NCBI GenBank assembly: GCA_963790475.1
Contig: CAWBOS010000010.1
Coordinates: 1,536,001 to 1,600,000, forward strand
DNA: 64,000 bases
Direction: 5' to 3'
From: an uncultured delta proteobacterium
GTDB taxonomy: Bacteria > Desulfobacterota > RBG-13-43-22
Position numbers and translations under genes: made by a program. Of this stretch, positions 29,279-39,799 are shown in pieces (the first letter of the stretch is position 1; each line of letters opens with the position of its first letter). The notes under the pieces were generated by a model, which saw only the letters and a program-made list of their open reading frames with translations, searched no databases and was not told the DNA's origin.

Positions 29279-29851
29279 TTGAATCCAAAATATCTTGGCG
29301 ACTCCTATGATATCGTAAAACAAAGCCTACTGAGGTGGCTATCAGCCTTAGGGCCGTGGTACACCCATCCGATGTTTACAGAGCCCCTTACTCCAGACCA
29401 GACAGACATTTATTCCCGTCTTTTAAGCACTCATCTCCTGTCTTCTAAAACACTAACTCCTGGAACTGATCGAAATACCTACATTGAACCAGCTCGAAAA
29501 TGCACTGATCATGTCTTCCTTGATCCGGACATAGGGGTTCGCCTTAATCCCATCAGAGGGGCGAAGGCACCCCGATACCTTTTCAGTACCGAGTTGATTG
29601 AAATTGTAGAGGCCGGGCCTGAAAGGCTCGTTCTCGTTTTCGACCAGTCAATTGCCAGGGGTGAAGAACGTAAGGAACTTGAAAACAAACTGAAGATCTT
29701 CGCTAAACAGGGCATTCTGGGTATCGCTTATGTCTCCCATGCCTGCTTTATTCTCATGGGGAAGAATCGGGGGTTACTTGAGTCGGCGTTTGAGACACTA
29801 AAGAAGGAATCACGGTTGCCGGAAAGTCGATTTGTCATTGAAGTTTTATAA
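29279..29851 (+). CDS. Hypothetical protein
   Basis: Likely TTG start giving MNPKYLGDSYDIVK; VFLDPDIG motif. Confidence 0.65.
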   Translation: MNPKYLGDSYDIVKQSLLRWLSALGPWYTHPMFTEPLTPDQTDIYSRLLSTHLLSSKTLTPGTDRNTYIEPARKCTDHVFLDPDIGVRLNPIRGAKAPRYLFSTELIEIVEAGPERLVLVFDQSIARGEERKELENKLKIFAKQGILGIAYVSHACFILMGKNRGLLESAFETLKKESRLPESRFVIEVL

Positions 29852-29949
29852 TCAGACATAGTCGTCGGTAAACCCCGAACGCCCTCCCAAGGACCACAAC
29901 CAGTTTTAGAACGGAACGTTTTTCATCTCAAACGATTTCGGAGGTTAAT

Positions 29950-31725
29950 ATGGCAAAAAAGAAATTGAACGAGAAAGATCTAAAGCGAGAATTACAAGGG
30001 TTCAGGGAGCAATTTCCCCGCCTTGCCGAAGATGAACTATTCGTTTTATGGTTCATTAGGGCTTTTGTGACTGAGAACGAGGAAGCAGCCGTCAATGCTC
30101 TAACGGGGACTTCCGGAGACAAAGGTACCGACGCCATACTTATTCTTGATAAATCAAAGGATGTCTATATTATTCAGGGAAAATATAGAGAAATAATCAA
30201 TCACAAGGCCGAAAATCGTAGTGATATTATTAGTTTTGCTGACATAGCTATAAATTTATCCGCTCCGAAAAAAACCTTTGATTCATTTTTAGAGGGGATG
30301 GCTCAAGTAGTCCAAGAACGTATGAAGGAGGCCAGAGAGAGAATCGTAAAAAGAGATTATAGACTTCAACTCTACTATGCCACCCTCGGAAAATGTAGTG
30401 AAGACTTAGAAAAAGAAGCCATCAACATCGTAAGGAGAGCAAAGTGCCACGCAGGCATTGAAATCTGCGGAGGCCAAAGGATCATGCTTTTGCTTGCAGA
30501 CTATCTCGAAGGAGTAGCACCTCCTGTTCCTTCTTTGGATCTTGAGATGGAATCTGGTCATGGGGTTGTTATGAAAGGGATACTCCAAAGGCATGACAAA
30601 AAGACTGATATAGAGTCCTGGATTTTCTCTATGTCAGGGCAAGCTGTTGCAGAGATTTTTGAAAGAACAGGCCCCAGAATTTTTGCAAGGAACGTAAGAG
30701 GCTTCTTGGAGAATACTGATGTCAACAAGAGTATGGTAATAACCCTTAAGCATGAGCCTGAATTCTTTTGGTATTACAATAATGGTATTACGATAGTCTG
30801 TGATTCTGCTGAACAGAGGAGCAGTAGCGGTAAAGATATCCTTCACGTTGATAATCCACAGATCATTAATGGGCAGCAAACAACGCGAACACTTCATCGA
30901 ATGTTTGAGATGTCTGCTAAGGCAAGCGTTCCTGTCAGAGTTATTCGAGTCCTTCGTGACCCGAAGTCGGATCATGAAAATTTTGAGAACTTGGTGTCAT
31001 GCATTGTAAGGGCCACCAATTGGCAAAATGCAATACAGGCTTCAGATCTTGTGTCTAACGACAGACGACAGATTGAGATAGAAAGGGCTTTAAGGAAGAT
31101 TGGCTATCTGTATATGCGAAAACGTCAGGCAAAATCAGAGGTAAGGGGTGCTGCTGGGGCCAATAAGTTCTGGACTGTATCCAAGGAGGAGATTGCCCAA
31201 GCGGTTGCCTCATGCGATCTGGATCCGGTTACTCTTCGACTCGGAAAAGGAAAACTTTTTGAAGAGGAATACTATAAAACCATATTCCCGAACGCGAATC
31301 CAGACTATTACTTAACCAGATATTGGCTTATGAAGAGGGCGGCTCAAGCAGCAAAGGGGTATCCCGAAAGAGCTTATGCTAAGTGGCTGGTGATCTACTT
31401 TCTTTGGTCTAATCTTAATCCGATAATCAGGTCAGGCAATCCTGCCAGAGTCTTCAGACAAGCATGCGAAAAAAATGGCCCCCTTATTGTACCGCTCAAA
31501 AGATCTACTAACTCAGTATTCAACGCTGCTTTAGCTTTCTATAGGCATAAAAGAGGCAAGGGTGCAACAGCAATAGATGTTTCTTCCTTTTTTAGGAGAA
31601 AAGGGCTTCCGAGTGATTTCCTTCAATTCTGGAGTAGCAATCGGAATAAGCATAGAAGGACCTTTGAGAAATCATGGCAGAAATTCAGAAAGAGTTTAGA
31701 GGAAGCTCCTCTGAGAGTAATGTGA
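29950..31725 (+). CDS. AIPR family protein
   Basis: GDKGTDA..IIQGKY; IFARNVRGFL, FWYYNNGITIVC, QIINGQQTT and ATNWQN. Confidence 0.9.
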   Translation: MAKKKLNEKDLKRELQGFREQFPRLAEDELFVLWFIRAFVTENEEAAVNALTGTSGDKGTDAILILDKSKDVYIIQGKYREIINHKAENRSDIISFADIAINLSAPKKTFDSFLEGMAQVVQERMKEARERIVKRDYRLQLYYATLGKCSEDLEKEAINIVRRAKCHAGIEICGGQRIMLLLADYLEGVAPPVPSLDLEMESGHGVVMKGILQRHDKKTDIESWIFSMSGQAVAEIFERTGPRIFARNVRGFLENTDVNKSMVITLKHEPEFFWYYNNGITIVCDSAEQRSSSGKDILHVDNPQIINGQQTTRTLHRMFEMSAKASVPVRVIRVLRDPKSDHENFENLVSCIVRATNWQNAIQASDLVSNDRRQIEIERALRKIGYLYMRKRQAKSEVRGAAGANKFWTVSKEEIAQAVASCDLDPVTLRLGKGKLFEEEYYKTIFPNANPDYYLTRYWLMKRAAQAAKGYPERAYAKWLVIYFLWSNLNPIIRSGNPARVFRQACEKNGPLIVPLKRSTNSVFNAALAFYRHKRGKGATAIDVSSFFRRKGLPSDFLQFWSSNRNKHRRTFEKSWQKFRKSLEEAPLRVM

Positions 31726-31972
31726 GTGATAGGGGGAACTGAGACGGAGACTCTTCTGATCATCAAGTCCAAAGAACCATGCCAGATCAGGCTAAACCAG
31801 GAACTAATGATCGTATGTCAACCAGACAGACTCAGAGCCACCGCTTCATCGCGGAACACTTCCAGGTCCAGGTCGAAGTGTTTAAAGTCCAGGTTATGAG
31901 TCCGACCCTTGAGTAACTTTTTCTCTGTGCCATAAAATAATAATAAAGTAAGTAAGTTACAGCTATTGCCAG

Positions 31973-32021
31973 AAAGTTGTTTTTCTATATACTATGAAGG
32001 TTCTTATAGAAAAACGACTTT
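31973..32021. promoter_or_regulatory. 17-bp inverted repeat upstream of a TTGACA/TATATT promoter
   Basis: AAAGTTGTTTTTCTATA-N15-TATAGAAAAACGACTTT (one mismatch). Confidence 0.55.
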
Positions 32022-32097
32022 TTATTCTTTGACAAAACCAGTTGAATTTATTATATTATTAGCCAAATTTAAATAAGTTGCTGAAATAAGGATATTT

Positions 32098-32745
32098 ATG
32101 GATACCAGGCCTCCGAAAGGTCGATTTCATTATAGGAGGGAGGAATTAGCCTCACGTTGTGGACAAGCTTTTTCTTACTTTACAATCAATGGTACTTTCA
32201 GCAGAGGAAGAACCTGTAAAAATTGGTCTTTCCCTCTTTGTGTCGAAATCAAGGTTAATGAAATCATTGAATGTCTGGAACAGAACATAACTGGACCAAA
32301 TGTTTTTGTGTCAAAGATTTGGCTTACCAAAAAAAGATTAAGTAATTGGATAGAGGAAAGCAAGCCGGGGAAAGTATCGAATTTTTTTTACTACGCGTTT
32401 CAGAGGTGTCACGAGAATACTCTCTTGATCTCAAGTCATAGTTTTCCAATCGAATATAAACGTCGTTCTAAAATTGGGTGTCTAAAAGAGCTTAGAGCCT
32501 ATCTACTGGAGCATCACATTGAAATAGAAAGAACTTCTCGTTCACTGATAAGTTCAAATTATGAGAAGGAGCCTCCATTTATTTTAGCGAAACTACCTAA
32601 GAATTCTGAAAGAGAATCGGAATATAAAAAACTTAGGACAGATAAAGAAAAAGCTGAGTGGCTGTATGTTAACAGAGACATGATTAAGTTGTATCACATA
32701 GGTAGACAATTGATAAGGGAACATCTCGGAGACCAGGCTTTATAA
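32098..32745 (+). CDS. Hypothetical protein
   Basis: 215-aa ORF with RBS and an upstream promoter. Confidence 0.6.
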   Translation: MDTRPPKGRFHYRREELASRCGQAFSYFTINGTFSRGRTCKNWSFPLCVEIKVNEIIECLEQNITGPNVFVSKIWLTKKRLSNWIEESKPGKVSNFFYYAFQRCHENTLLISSHSFPIEYKRRSKIGCLKELRAYLLEHHIEIERTSRSLISSNYEKEPPFILAKLPKNSERESEYKKLRTDKEKAEWLYVNRDMIKLYHIGRQLIREHLGDQAL

Positions 32746-32831
32746 GATGATGATCTGCGAAGGAGGACTTCTCATACCTCTTGCAAATAGAACCCATCCG
32801 GGCTAATCTTGCCCATCTTGCGGAGGTCAGA

Positions 32832-33380
32832 ATGAGAAAACCCTTTACCCCTTTTTTCCTTTTTACGGTCCTTGTTTTATTACTCATTCCCTCCTTGTCC
32901 TATTCCCTCAACCTGCCCCTGGCCAACATCCCCACCCAAGTCTATTTCAGCCCCCATGGAGGTTGCACTGAGGCTATTATCCGGGAGATCGACCGAGCCA
33001 AGGTGGAAATCCTGGTCCAAGCCTATTCTTTCACTTCCCAGCCTATAGCCAAGGCCCTCTTTGGAGCCCATAAACGGGGGGTAAAGGTTCAAGCCATTGT
33101 GGATAAAAGCCAGAGGTCCAAGAAATACACCTCCGCCACCTTCCTGGCTAACGTTGGCATCCCGACCTATATTGATCCTGCCCATGCCATCGCCCACAAT
33201 AAGGTTATGGTTATCGACCGAGAGACGGTTATCACCGGGTCGTTTAACTTCACCAGGGCGGCTGAGGAGAAGAATGCTGAAAACCTCTTGATCATCAAAT
33301 CCAAAGACCTGGCCAGGCCCTATATAGACAACTGGAACCAACATAGGGGGCATTCTGAGCCTTATCAGGCCAGGTATTAG
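32832..33380 (+). CDS. Secreted phospholipase D-family nuclease (Nuc-like)
   Basis: Signal peptide; VYFSPHGG and the HKD motif HNKVMVID..VITGSFNFT. Confidence 0.9.
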   Translation: MRKPFTPFFLFTVLVLLLIPSLSYSLNLPLANIPTQVYFSPHGGCTEAIIREIDRAKVEILVQAYSFTSQPIAKALFGAHKRGVKVQAIVDKSQRSKKYTSATFLANVGIPTYIDPAHAIAHNKVMVIDRETVITGSFNFTRAAEEKNAENLLIIKSKDLARPYIDNWNQHRGHSEPYQARY

Positions 33381-33760
33381 ATCTGTTTCATTCTTGAAGG
33401 TTAAAACCAGGTTGGTGAATAATTATTTCTCTCCTCCCGAGATCTCATTTGGCAGAAATCTTTTTCATTAATAAGGACCTCCTAAGCATCCTACACCTTA
33501 AACCTATACTTTGCCTTACAGAGGTCAAAGAAGTCGGCCTGTGGGAGATCCCCCAAAAAGACAGAAATAAGTATTGTTGACACGCAAATAATGTGATAAG
33601 TTATTAATATTTCTATTATCCAGATACCCGGGGACTAAATTCCCAAGATTGTATCCATGGGTAAAAAAATAGGAAAAACCAGGAGGTAATTTATATTGAT
33701 TTTAAGAATTATTTGATCTGATTGGAATAAGCATTTAACCTTAAATTAAGGAGGCTTACC

Positions 33761-34003
33761 ATGAAAAAATTAGTTAATATTTTTATCATTATGGTTTCCT
33801 TGATTCTAACCTTTACCCTCCCTGTACTTACCGAAGAAATTCAAAACATCGATTGTTTTCTTAAAGAAATTTCATTTACAAGTCCCCTTGCAGATCCCGA
33901 AAGGAGCGGGTGCTGTTCCTGGCATGGAGGAGTCTGCGGGTGCAGTTCGACTGGAAGAGTGATTTGTTGTGATGGAACCTTAAGCCCAAGTTGTACTTGC
34001 TAA
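33761..34003 (+). CDS. Small secreted Cys-rich protein
   Basis: Signal peptide; RSGCCSWHGGVCGC...CCDGTLSPSCTC. Confidence 0.75.
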   Translation: MKKLVNIFIIMVSLILTFTLPVLTEEIQNIDCFLKEISFTSPLADPERSGCCSWHGGVCGCSSTGRVICCDGTLSPSCTC

Positions 34004-34019
34004 GAAAGAGAGGCTAAAT

Positions 34020-34295
34020 ATGAAAAGGATTATCATTTTAACTTTGGCGATTATTCTGTTAGTTCCTGCAATAACCTTTGGTGCCAGTGTACGTGGATAT
34101 TGGCGAGATTCAAACCACGACGGAATAAAAGACACCTATGTCCAGCCATACCAACGAACCAATCCCAACAATACCCTACGGGATAATTATAATTATCCCG
34201 GAAATTATAATCCCAATACGGACAGAATCACACCTGGGGATCCCTATAATTACGAGCGAAGCCATCAAAATAAAAGCAATAGATATGGTTGGTAA
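34020..34295 (+). CDS. Small secreted protein
   Basis: Signal peptide; VRGYWR..TYVQPYQRT.PN...DNY...GNYNP. Confidence 0.75.
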   Translation: MKRIIILTLAIILLVPAITFGASVRGYWRDSNHDGIKDTYVQPYQRTNPNNTLRDNYNYPGNYNPNTDRITPGDPYNYERSHQNKSNRYGW

Positions 34296-34338
34296 GTTCT
34301 ATTAATAAAAATTAAATCCTTACTGAAGGAGATCAATC

Positions 34339-34545
34339 ATGGCACAGTGTCCAGAATGCGATTCTGTTGCAGTATTTTCCATCCCAACCAGAGGGAACGG
34401 TAAATGTTCAAGGTGTCACGGTGATGGTAAAAAATTGTTGTCGGGTCTGAACGAAGCTATTTTTGATACACCGCTGGAGTGTGAGAATTGTGGAGGTTCA
34501 GGGGAGTGCCCTACTTGCGGAGGAACAGGCGAAATTGACGATTAG
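34339..34545 (+). CDS. DnaJ-type zinc-finger small protein
   Basis: CxxCxGxG repeats; AAGGAG RBS. Confidence 0.7.
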   Translation: MAQCPECDSVAVFSIPTRGNGKCSRCHGDGKKLLSGLNEAIFDTPLECENCGGSGECPTCGGTGEIDD

Positions 34546-34674
34546 ACTAATAGGAAAACTAATTATGGCCATTTCTGTTAGTGATGATACCTGCTTCACT
34601 TATTTCCGCCTACTTTCTATATTTATTTATTGACTAAAAGGGGCCTCTTACTATTCCAGGTATCCTAATAACGA

Positions 34675-34929
34675 GTGATACAGGGCTGGGGTCCCCAATT
34701 TCATCCATATGGTATAGCCATAACGCCAGACGCCTCGGTGTGGTACAGCGAATCCGGCCTAAATTCAAATACCATTGTTCGATTCGATCCCTCCTCAAAG
34801 GGATTCCAAAGTTGGCCGATACCGTCTGGATGTGGTACGGTGCGAAACATGGTATCCACTCTGGAAGAAAGTCTTTACATTGTCTGTAGTGGGGTCAACA
34901 AGGTGGGGATCGTCAAAATCGAGCGTTAA
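34675..34929 (+). pseudogene. C-terminal fragment of a Vgb-like beta-propeller protein
   Basis: PYGIAITPD..VWYSESG...IVRFDP..WPIPSG.G.VRNM. Confidence 0.65.
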
Positions 34930-35015
34930 TTATATTGACAAAAAAGCATCATCTTGGTGTCAAGATAAGCGTGGAAGTTACCATTACGCAGTCAGATTTG
35001 GTTTAAAGGTGAATC

Positions 35016-35459
35016 ATGGATATCTATGAAGAAATGGCGATGTATTTTGTGACGGCAAATAAAGAAACCTTTGTTTCTCCCCAATATGACATTGGAAACG
35101 GTTGGAGTTGTCCCGACTTTGTGGCAATGAGACCCCCGAAAAGAACTGTCTATATTGTTGAGGTATCTGCTGGAGGAAACCTGTCGGGGCTTGCTGAGAA
35201 GGTACTCAATTACGAGGGGCATTGGCTTAACCCACTTCGGGAGCACCTAATGGCTCTTAATCTCGTCGATTCTGACTGGTCTTTTAAGGTGCTTGTGTTC
35301 ATACGGCGAGACCAACTCAAATGGTTCAAGACCACGGTAGACAGTTCTAAAGGAGTTGTAATTATCTGCCTGGAGGATGTATTTAAACACTGGCTCTGGG
35401 ACAACAAAGTCTGGACTGGTGACTTTTTATTTGGAAAGGATTCGATAAAAAGGAAATAA
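35016..35459 (+). CDS. Small PD-(D/E)xK-like protein
   Basis: CPDFVAM...YIVEVS. Confidence 0.6.
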   Translation: MDIYEEMAMYFVTANKETFVSPQYDIGNGWSCPDFVAMRPPKRTVYIVEVSAGGNLSGLAEKVLNYEGHWLNPLREHLMALNLVDSDWSFKVLVFIRRDQLKWFKTTVDSSKGVVIICLEDVFKHWLWDNKVWTGDFLFGKDSIKRK

Positions 35460-35650
35460 TGGCTGAAAAACTTGATCCCAAGAAAGTAGTTGACTATAAA
35501 GAACTCCTGATGAGCAATGTCTATGAACAAGAGGCCCTGATCAATCTTCTGGAGAAGAAAGGGCTCATTACCAAAGCCGAACTGCTCGAAGAGATAAGGG
35601 ATCTCCATCAAAAGATGCCAAGAGGTAAAAAGGTAATCAAAGAAACTTAA
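35459..35650 (+). CDS. Small hypothetical protein
   Basis: TAATG coupling to the upstream ORF; EALINLLEKKGLITKAELLEEI. Confidence 0.65.
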   Translation: MAEKLDPKKVVDYKELLMSNVYEQEALINLLEKKGLITKAELLEEIRDLHQKMPRGKKVIKET

Positions 35651-35775
35651 CGGGTTGGAGGATCAGTCGTCTCCTTGTTCCCGGATTTTATTTCGCAACG
35701 AGAATGGTGATTTTCTCAGACTGATATTTAGTAAAATTCGCTTATACCATTGAAGACACCCCAAACCATCGGCTT

Positions 35776-35982
35776 TCATTTCTTTTTTGATGTCTTTCTT
35801 CCACTACAAAATGGACATCCACTTCCATGGCTTCTGTTGGAGATAGTCGCTTTCCATTCATGACCTTTTGAACAGATCCACCATGCTTTTTTGTTTGATC
35901 CAGAGACGGCATCTTCAGGAATTAAACCTCCATTTTTAGTGGGATGCCACTCCTTCGCTATTCCAGGGTTGTAGGATGTCAA
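35776..35982 (-). pseudogene. Zinc-ribbon (DUF4379-like) fragment
   Basis: EWHPTKNG...WWICSKGHEW...GCPFC. Confidence 0.7.
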
Positions 35983-36065
35983 ATTAAATGGGCATATTTT
36001 TTTAAATTATGTGGTATCGACTTTTTCCAATTAGGAGGCATTAATTCGCTTAGGTACTTTGGGTT

Positions 36066-36145
36066 GCGCTGAAATTCATGGCAGTAAGTTTTTATTCTCC
36101 CTTAGATTTCAAGATCCTTGAGGTTACTGCCATAAATTTCAGCGC
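36066..36145. mobile_element. 80-bp MITE-like element with 22-bp TIRs
   Basis: GCGCTGAAATTCATGGCAGTAA...TTACTGCCATAAATTTCAGCGC (one mismatch). Confidence 0.55.
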
Positions 36146-36207
36146 TTGAATAAAGACCATATTAGTTGAAAAAAAAGGCCAGTCATTCTGAATAAAAAGG
36201 GCCGTTT

Positions 36208-36513
36208 TTAGGCACTATAATTTGAAAAACAACAAGGGTTAACAGTTTTGAGACAATTTTCCTTACAAACTCGATGACCTGAACAGAATGGACAATTCCA
36301 ACCCCGGACAGTTCTATAATGAACCAATGTTTCATACTCGTGACCATTTGGACACATCCACCAGGCAAGCTTGCAGGCCCTGGCTTTGATCTCTTTGGGG
36401 GTCAAGCTTCCATTTTTGGAGGGATGCCATTCTTTGGCTAAAGCAGGGTATAAATATTCAAGACTTTCTTCTTCTGATTTTGCATTCCAGGTTGGCACTG
36501 TAATTTCCCCCAA
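36208..36513 (-). pseudogene. Zinc-ribbon (DUF4379-like) fragment
   Basis: EWHPSKNG...WWMCPNGHEY...CPFCSG, then the start of another repeat that is cut off. Confidence 0.7.
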
Positions 36514-36677
36514 AAGATATTATAATTATTGACTTTTTACCAATTGAAGGGTAGAAAATCAATAGTAAAGTGAAGAAGTTCTCTTGTTGGCAACCTTTGA
36601 GAGAGGGAATAATATAATTGAAAAACCCACCCCTCAACCGTTAGCCTCACCATCTTAATCTAAATTAGAGGTCTTTT

Positions 36678-36944
36678 GTGAAAGACGAATTAGTTTTGAG
36701 TCAACTTGAAGGCCTGGCCTATAAGCTGGGAATAACCATACGCCATGACAAGGTCATACGAGATGAATCATCCGGTAGAGGAGGGCTCTGTCGGATAAGA
36801 GGGGATTACGTTTTGTTTATTGACTCCCAGGCAACAACAAAAGAGAAGATTCGGGTCTCCATAGAGGCCTTAAAACAGTTCAACTTGGCTGACATTCAGG
36901 TCATGCCGCTTATCCGGGACCTCCTGGATGGTCCTAAAGAATAA
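36678..36944 (+). CDS. Hypothetical protein
   Basis: LGITIRHD...GGLCRIRG motif; GAGG RBS. Confidence 0.65.
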   Translation: MKDELVLSQLEGLAYKLGITIRHDKVIRDESSGRGGLCRIRGDYVLFIDSQATTKEKIRVSIEALKQFNLADIQVMPLIRDLLDGPKE

Positions 36945-37076
36945 TTGGGAAAATAAGGATAAGACCTGATGGGAACTTGAAGGTGATTTAGCGAGTAGTT
37001 CCTCTTACTGAAGTCCTTATAGGTCTAAAAACATGATGGCTGATATTGAATCGAGAAATATTTCAGAAAGGACATA

Positions 37077-37532
37077 ATGTTTTCTAAGATTATCTCCGGT
37101 GGCCAGACCGGTGTTGACCGAGCGGCTCTCGATGTGGCCCTGGAACTCGGTATTCCTTGTGGGGGCTGGTGTCCCAAAGGACGAAAGGCTGAGGATGGCC
37201 CTATTGACCCCAAGTATCCCCTTCAAGAAACGCTCTCCCCCAATTACCAGCATAGGACGGAGAAGAATCTAAGGGAAGCTGATGGCACCCTTATTCTAAC
37301 CAAGGGACCGGTTAGCGGGGGAACTTCCTTTACAGTCCAGTTGGCCGTTGAATACAAAAAACCCCACCTGATAATTGACTTTGACGACAAAATAGACCCA
37401 CAAATGGTCAGGGCCTGGGGAGAGAAAAACAAGATTGAAATTCTCAACGTGGCCGGACCACGGGAAAGCAAGGTTCCGGAGATTCATGACCGAGCGGTTG
37501 AATTTCTCAAAAAGGTCTTAACAGGACTATGA
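37077..37532 (+). CDS. Putative molybdenum-carrier-like (SLOG) protein
   Basis: KIISGGQTGVDRAALD..GGWCPKGR..RTEKN..LNVAGPRES. Confidence 0.85.
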   Translation: MFSKIISGGQTGVDRAALDVALELGIPCGGWCPKGRKAEDGPIDPKYPLQETLSPNYQHRTEKNLREADGTLILTKGPVSGGTSFTVQLAVEYKKPHLIIDFDDKIDPQMVRAWGEKNKIEILNVAGPRESKVPEIHDRAVEFLKKVLTGL

Positions 37533-38485
37533 GAATACTCCTCATTATTATTGCCATTCTGGTTTGCATAGTCGTTGGATTTATTTTAATAACCTATCCA
37601 GGTTATCATCGTGAAATGCAGGGGGCTCGCGACCGTCTGTTAGCTGGTAGCAAAGTCTTGAAAACAGATCAAGGAGATATCGAGTATTCAGTAATTGGAC
37701 AAGGGACGCCGATCCTCTTGATACATGGTGCAGGGGGCGGTTATGACCAGGGTCTATGGGCTGGCAAGATTTTTCTCGGTCAGACTGGTTACCAGTTCAT
37801 CTCGGTTTCGCGATTTGGTTATCTTCGCTCGCCGATTCCGGGGCAAGCTTCGATGGAAGCACAGGTTTCATTGTACAGTTCTCTCTTAGATCATTTGAAT
37901 ATCAAACGCGTAATTGTTATTGGCATATCAGCGGGAGGACCTTCAGCCACACAGTTTGCCAATGACTTTCCAAATAAATGTTCAGCACTGATACTGCTGT
38001 CCGCAGTAAGGAAGACTCTAACTCCTGGCGGTAAAGATCCATTTTTCATTAATATTATCCATCTCATCCAGCAATCTGATTATGCTTATTGGCTTTTCAC
38101 CAAGTTCATGCGGTCTCTAATCCTTAATCTCATGGGCATTCCTTCTAAAGTGTACGATAATTTTACCCCTGAACAGAAGGATCTCGCTCAGGAAATGCTG
38201 GACATAATGCACCCCATGAGCCAAAGATATAAGGGTACGATCAACGATGGTAAAATGATCCCTCCTGACGGGGTGCCGACAAACAATATCTCAGCACCTA
38301 CGCTAATTATACATGCCAAAGACGATGCATTGGTAAGCTACTCTCACGCCGAGAATGCTCATCAAAGAATTAAACGGTCGAAACTAATCCTACTTGACAC
38401 TGGGGGCCATGCGATGCTTTCTCAAAGAGACAAAGTCCGGGATTATATGAGAGGTTTTTTAAGGGATATTCCCGAAATCAGATAA
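37529..38485 (+). CDS. Alpha/beta hydrolase
   Basis: LIHGAGGG, GISAGG nucleophile, HAKDD and GGH. Confidence 0.88.
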   Translation: MRILLIIIAILVCIVVGFILITYPGYHREMQGARDRLLAGSKVLKTDQGDIEYSVIGQGTPILLIHGAGGGYDQGLWAGKIFLGQTGYQFISVSRFGYLRSPIPGQASMEAQVSLYSSLLDHLNIKRVIVIGISAGGPSATQFANDFPNKCSALILLSAVRKTLTPGGKDPFFINIIHLIQQSDYAYWLFTKFMRSLILNLMGIPSKVYDNFTPEQKDLAQEMLDIMHPMSQRYKGTINDGKMIPPDGVPTNNISAPTLIIHAKDDALVSYSHAENAHQRIKRSKLILLDTGGHAMLSQRDKVRDYMRGFLRDIPEIR

Positions 38486-38525
38486 ACGAATCTTGGTGTA
38501 ACAGGATAATTTCCTCTAAGAGTCA

Positions 38526-38894
38526 ATGATTGATATTCCTCTATTAGACAATGATTACCGGGAAGCCTTTCTCTACCTGATGGATGAAATCAATACTGTA
38601 ATGTCCTGTTCAGATAATAAGGAACCCTGGTATCCCAGAGATGCGGAAAAATTAGAAGAGGCCTTGCGGGTTTATAGACAATGGCATCCGGATCCAGATA
38701 AAAACGCTATTCTTAACTTCCCTTGGCCAAAGCCTGGGGGTATCCCCAAAGTCCCGGCCGATTATTTAAAACCTACCGATGAAGAAAAAAAGAAGGTTAA
38801 GGATTTTATAGCCGAAAATGAAGGTCCTGAAATGGACCCGTTTACAGAAGGGATAGTTCAACTGGCTAAGGAGTTATTGCAAGAGATTCATTAA
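38526..38894 (+). CDS. Hypothetical protein
   Basis: 122-aa co-oriented ORF. Confidence 0.6.
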   Translation: MIDIPLLDNDYREAFLYLMDEINTVMSCSDNKEPWYPRDAEKLEEALRVYRQWHPDPDKNAILNFPWPKPGGIPKVPADYLKPTDEEKKKVKDFIAENEGPEMDPFTEGIVQLAKELLQEIH

Positions 38895-38907
38895 AAGAGA
38901 TAGGAGG

Positions 38908-39795
38908 TTGCTGAACATGAATAGATCATTAAACGTTAGATGTATCTTAGGTTTGGCATTTTTAATTCTTTTCTATTTTGATCAGGTGGCCAAGCCTGAA
39001 ACCATGGATGAAGTATTTCAGACTGTTGCCTATCTCCAAGGGAAGGGAGAAGTAGAACGCACCCCAATTGATGGTACTGAGTATGAAATCTGGTTAAAGG
39101 CTCCGAGCGAAACTCAACCTCACCCTTACAGAAAAAGTAATTCTGGGACAGGGTTTTTCGTCAGAAAAGGTTCTCAAATATATCTCATCACCGCAGAACA
39201 CGTGGCAACAGGTCTCAAATACGATGTGAAAGTCACCGTCCATGGTCCAGACGATAAACCATTGACCTATGACATTAAAGACCTGACAGGACCTGGTAAA
39301 GGGCAATCTTGGTTCTATCATCCCGAAGCAGATGTAGCATTGCTATCGCTAAAGCCTTCAGAAGAATTCAAAGCCATAATAAAGGTCTTAGAGCCTAACA
39401 TGTTCTTAATGAATGAGAATGAATATAGCCAATATGAGAATCGTGTATTGACTACTGTTGGCTTCCCCCTCGCTTTAGGCCTGACCGGGAAATTCTCTCC
39501 TATTAAAAAGTCCTCCAAAGTAGCAAGTAATCTGTTTCGCCATAAAAGATTTGACAAGAACATTGAGACTACCTTTCTAATTATGGAAGATCCGACCGTG
39601 CAGGGTTTTAGCGGAGCACCCGTTTATGCTTTAAGCACAGTAAGTTTAGGAGGCGTGGCTTTTGGCACAGGCCGATTTGCTTGCATCGGCTTAGTTCACG
39701 GTACGCTCTCAGATAATACGGGTGGCAAGTTTGCAGCCGTGGTACCAGCATATTTCATTATCCAAACCATCGATAAATTTGAGGCTGGGAAATGA
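38908..39795 (+). CDS. Trypsin-like serine protease, probably exported
   Basis: GTGFF, TAEHV, ADVALL and GFSGAPV. Confidence 0.85.
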   Translation: MLNMNRSLNVRCILGLAFLILFYFDQVAKPETMDEVFQTVAYLQGKGEVERTPIDGTEYEIWLKAPSETQPHPYRKSNSGTGFFVRKGSQIYLITAEHVATGLKYDVKVTVHGPDDKPLTYDIKDLTGPGKGQSWFYHPEADVALLSLKPSEEFKAIIKVLEPNMFLMNENEYSQYENRVLTTVGFPLALGLTGKFSPIKKSSKVASNLFRHKRFDKNIETTFLIMEDPTVQGFSGAPVYALSTVSLGGVAFGTGRFACIGLVHGTLSDNTGGKFAAVVPAYFIIQTIDKFEAGK

Positions 39796-39799
39796 TTTG

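Noticed and set aside
35016-35650. Toxin-antitoxin pair
   Set aside because: The only support is translational coupling; no known TA motif was recognised.
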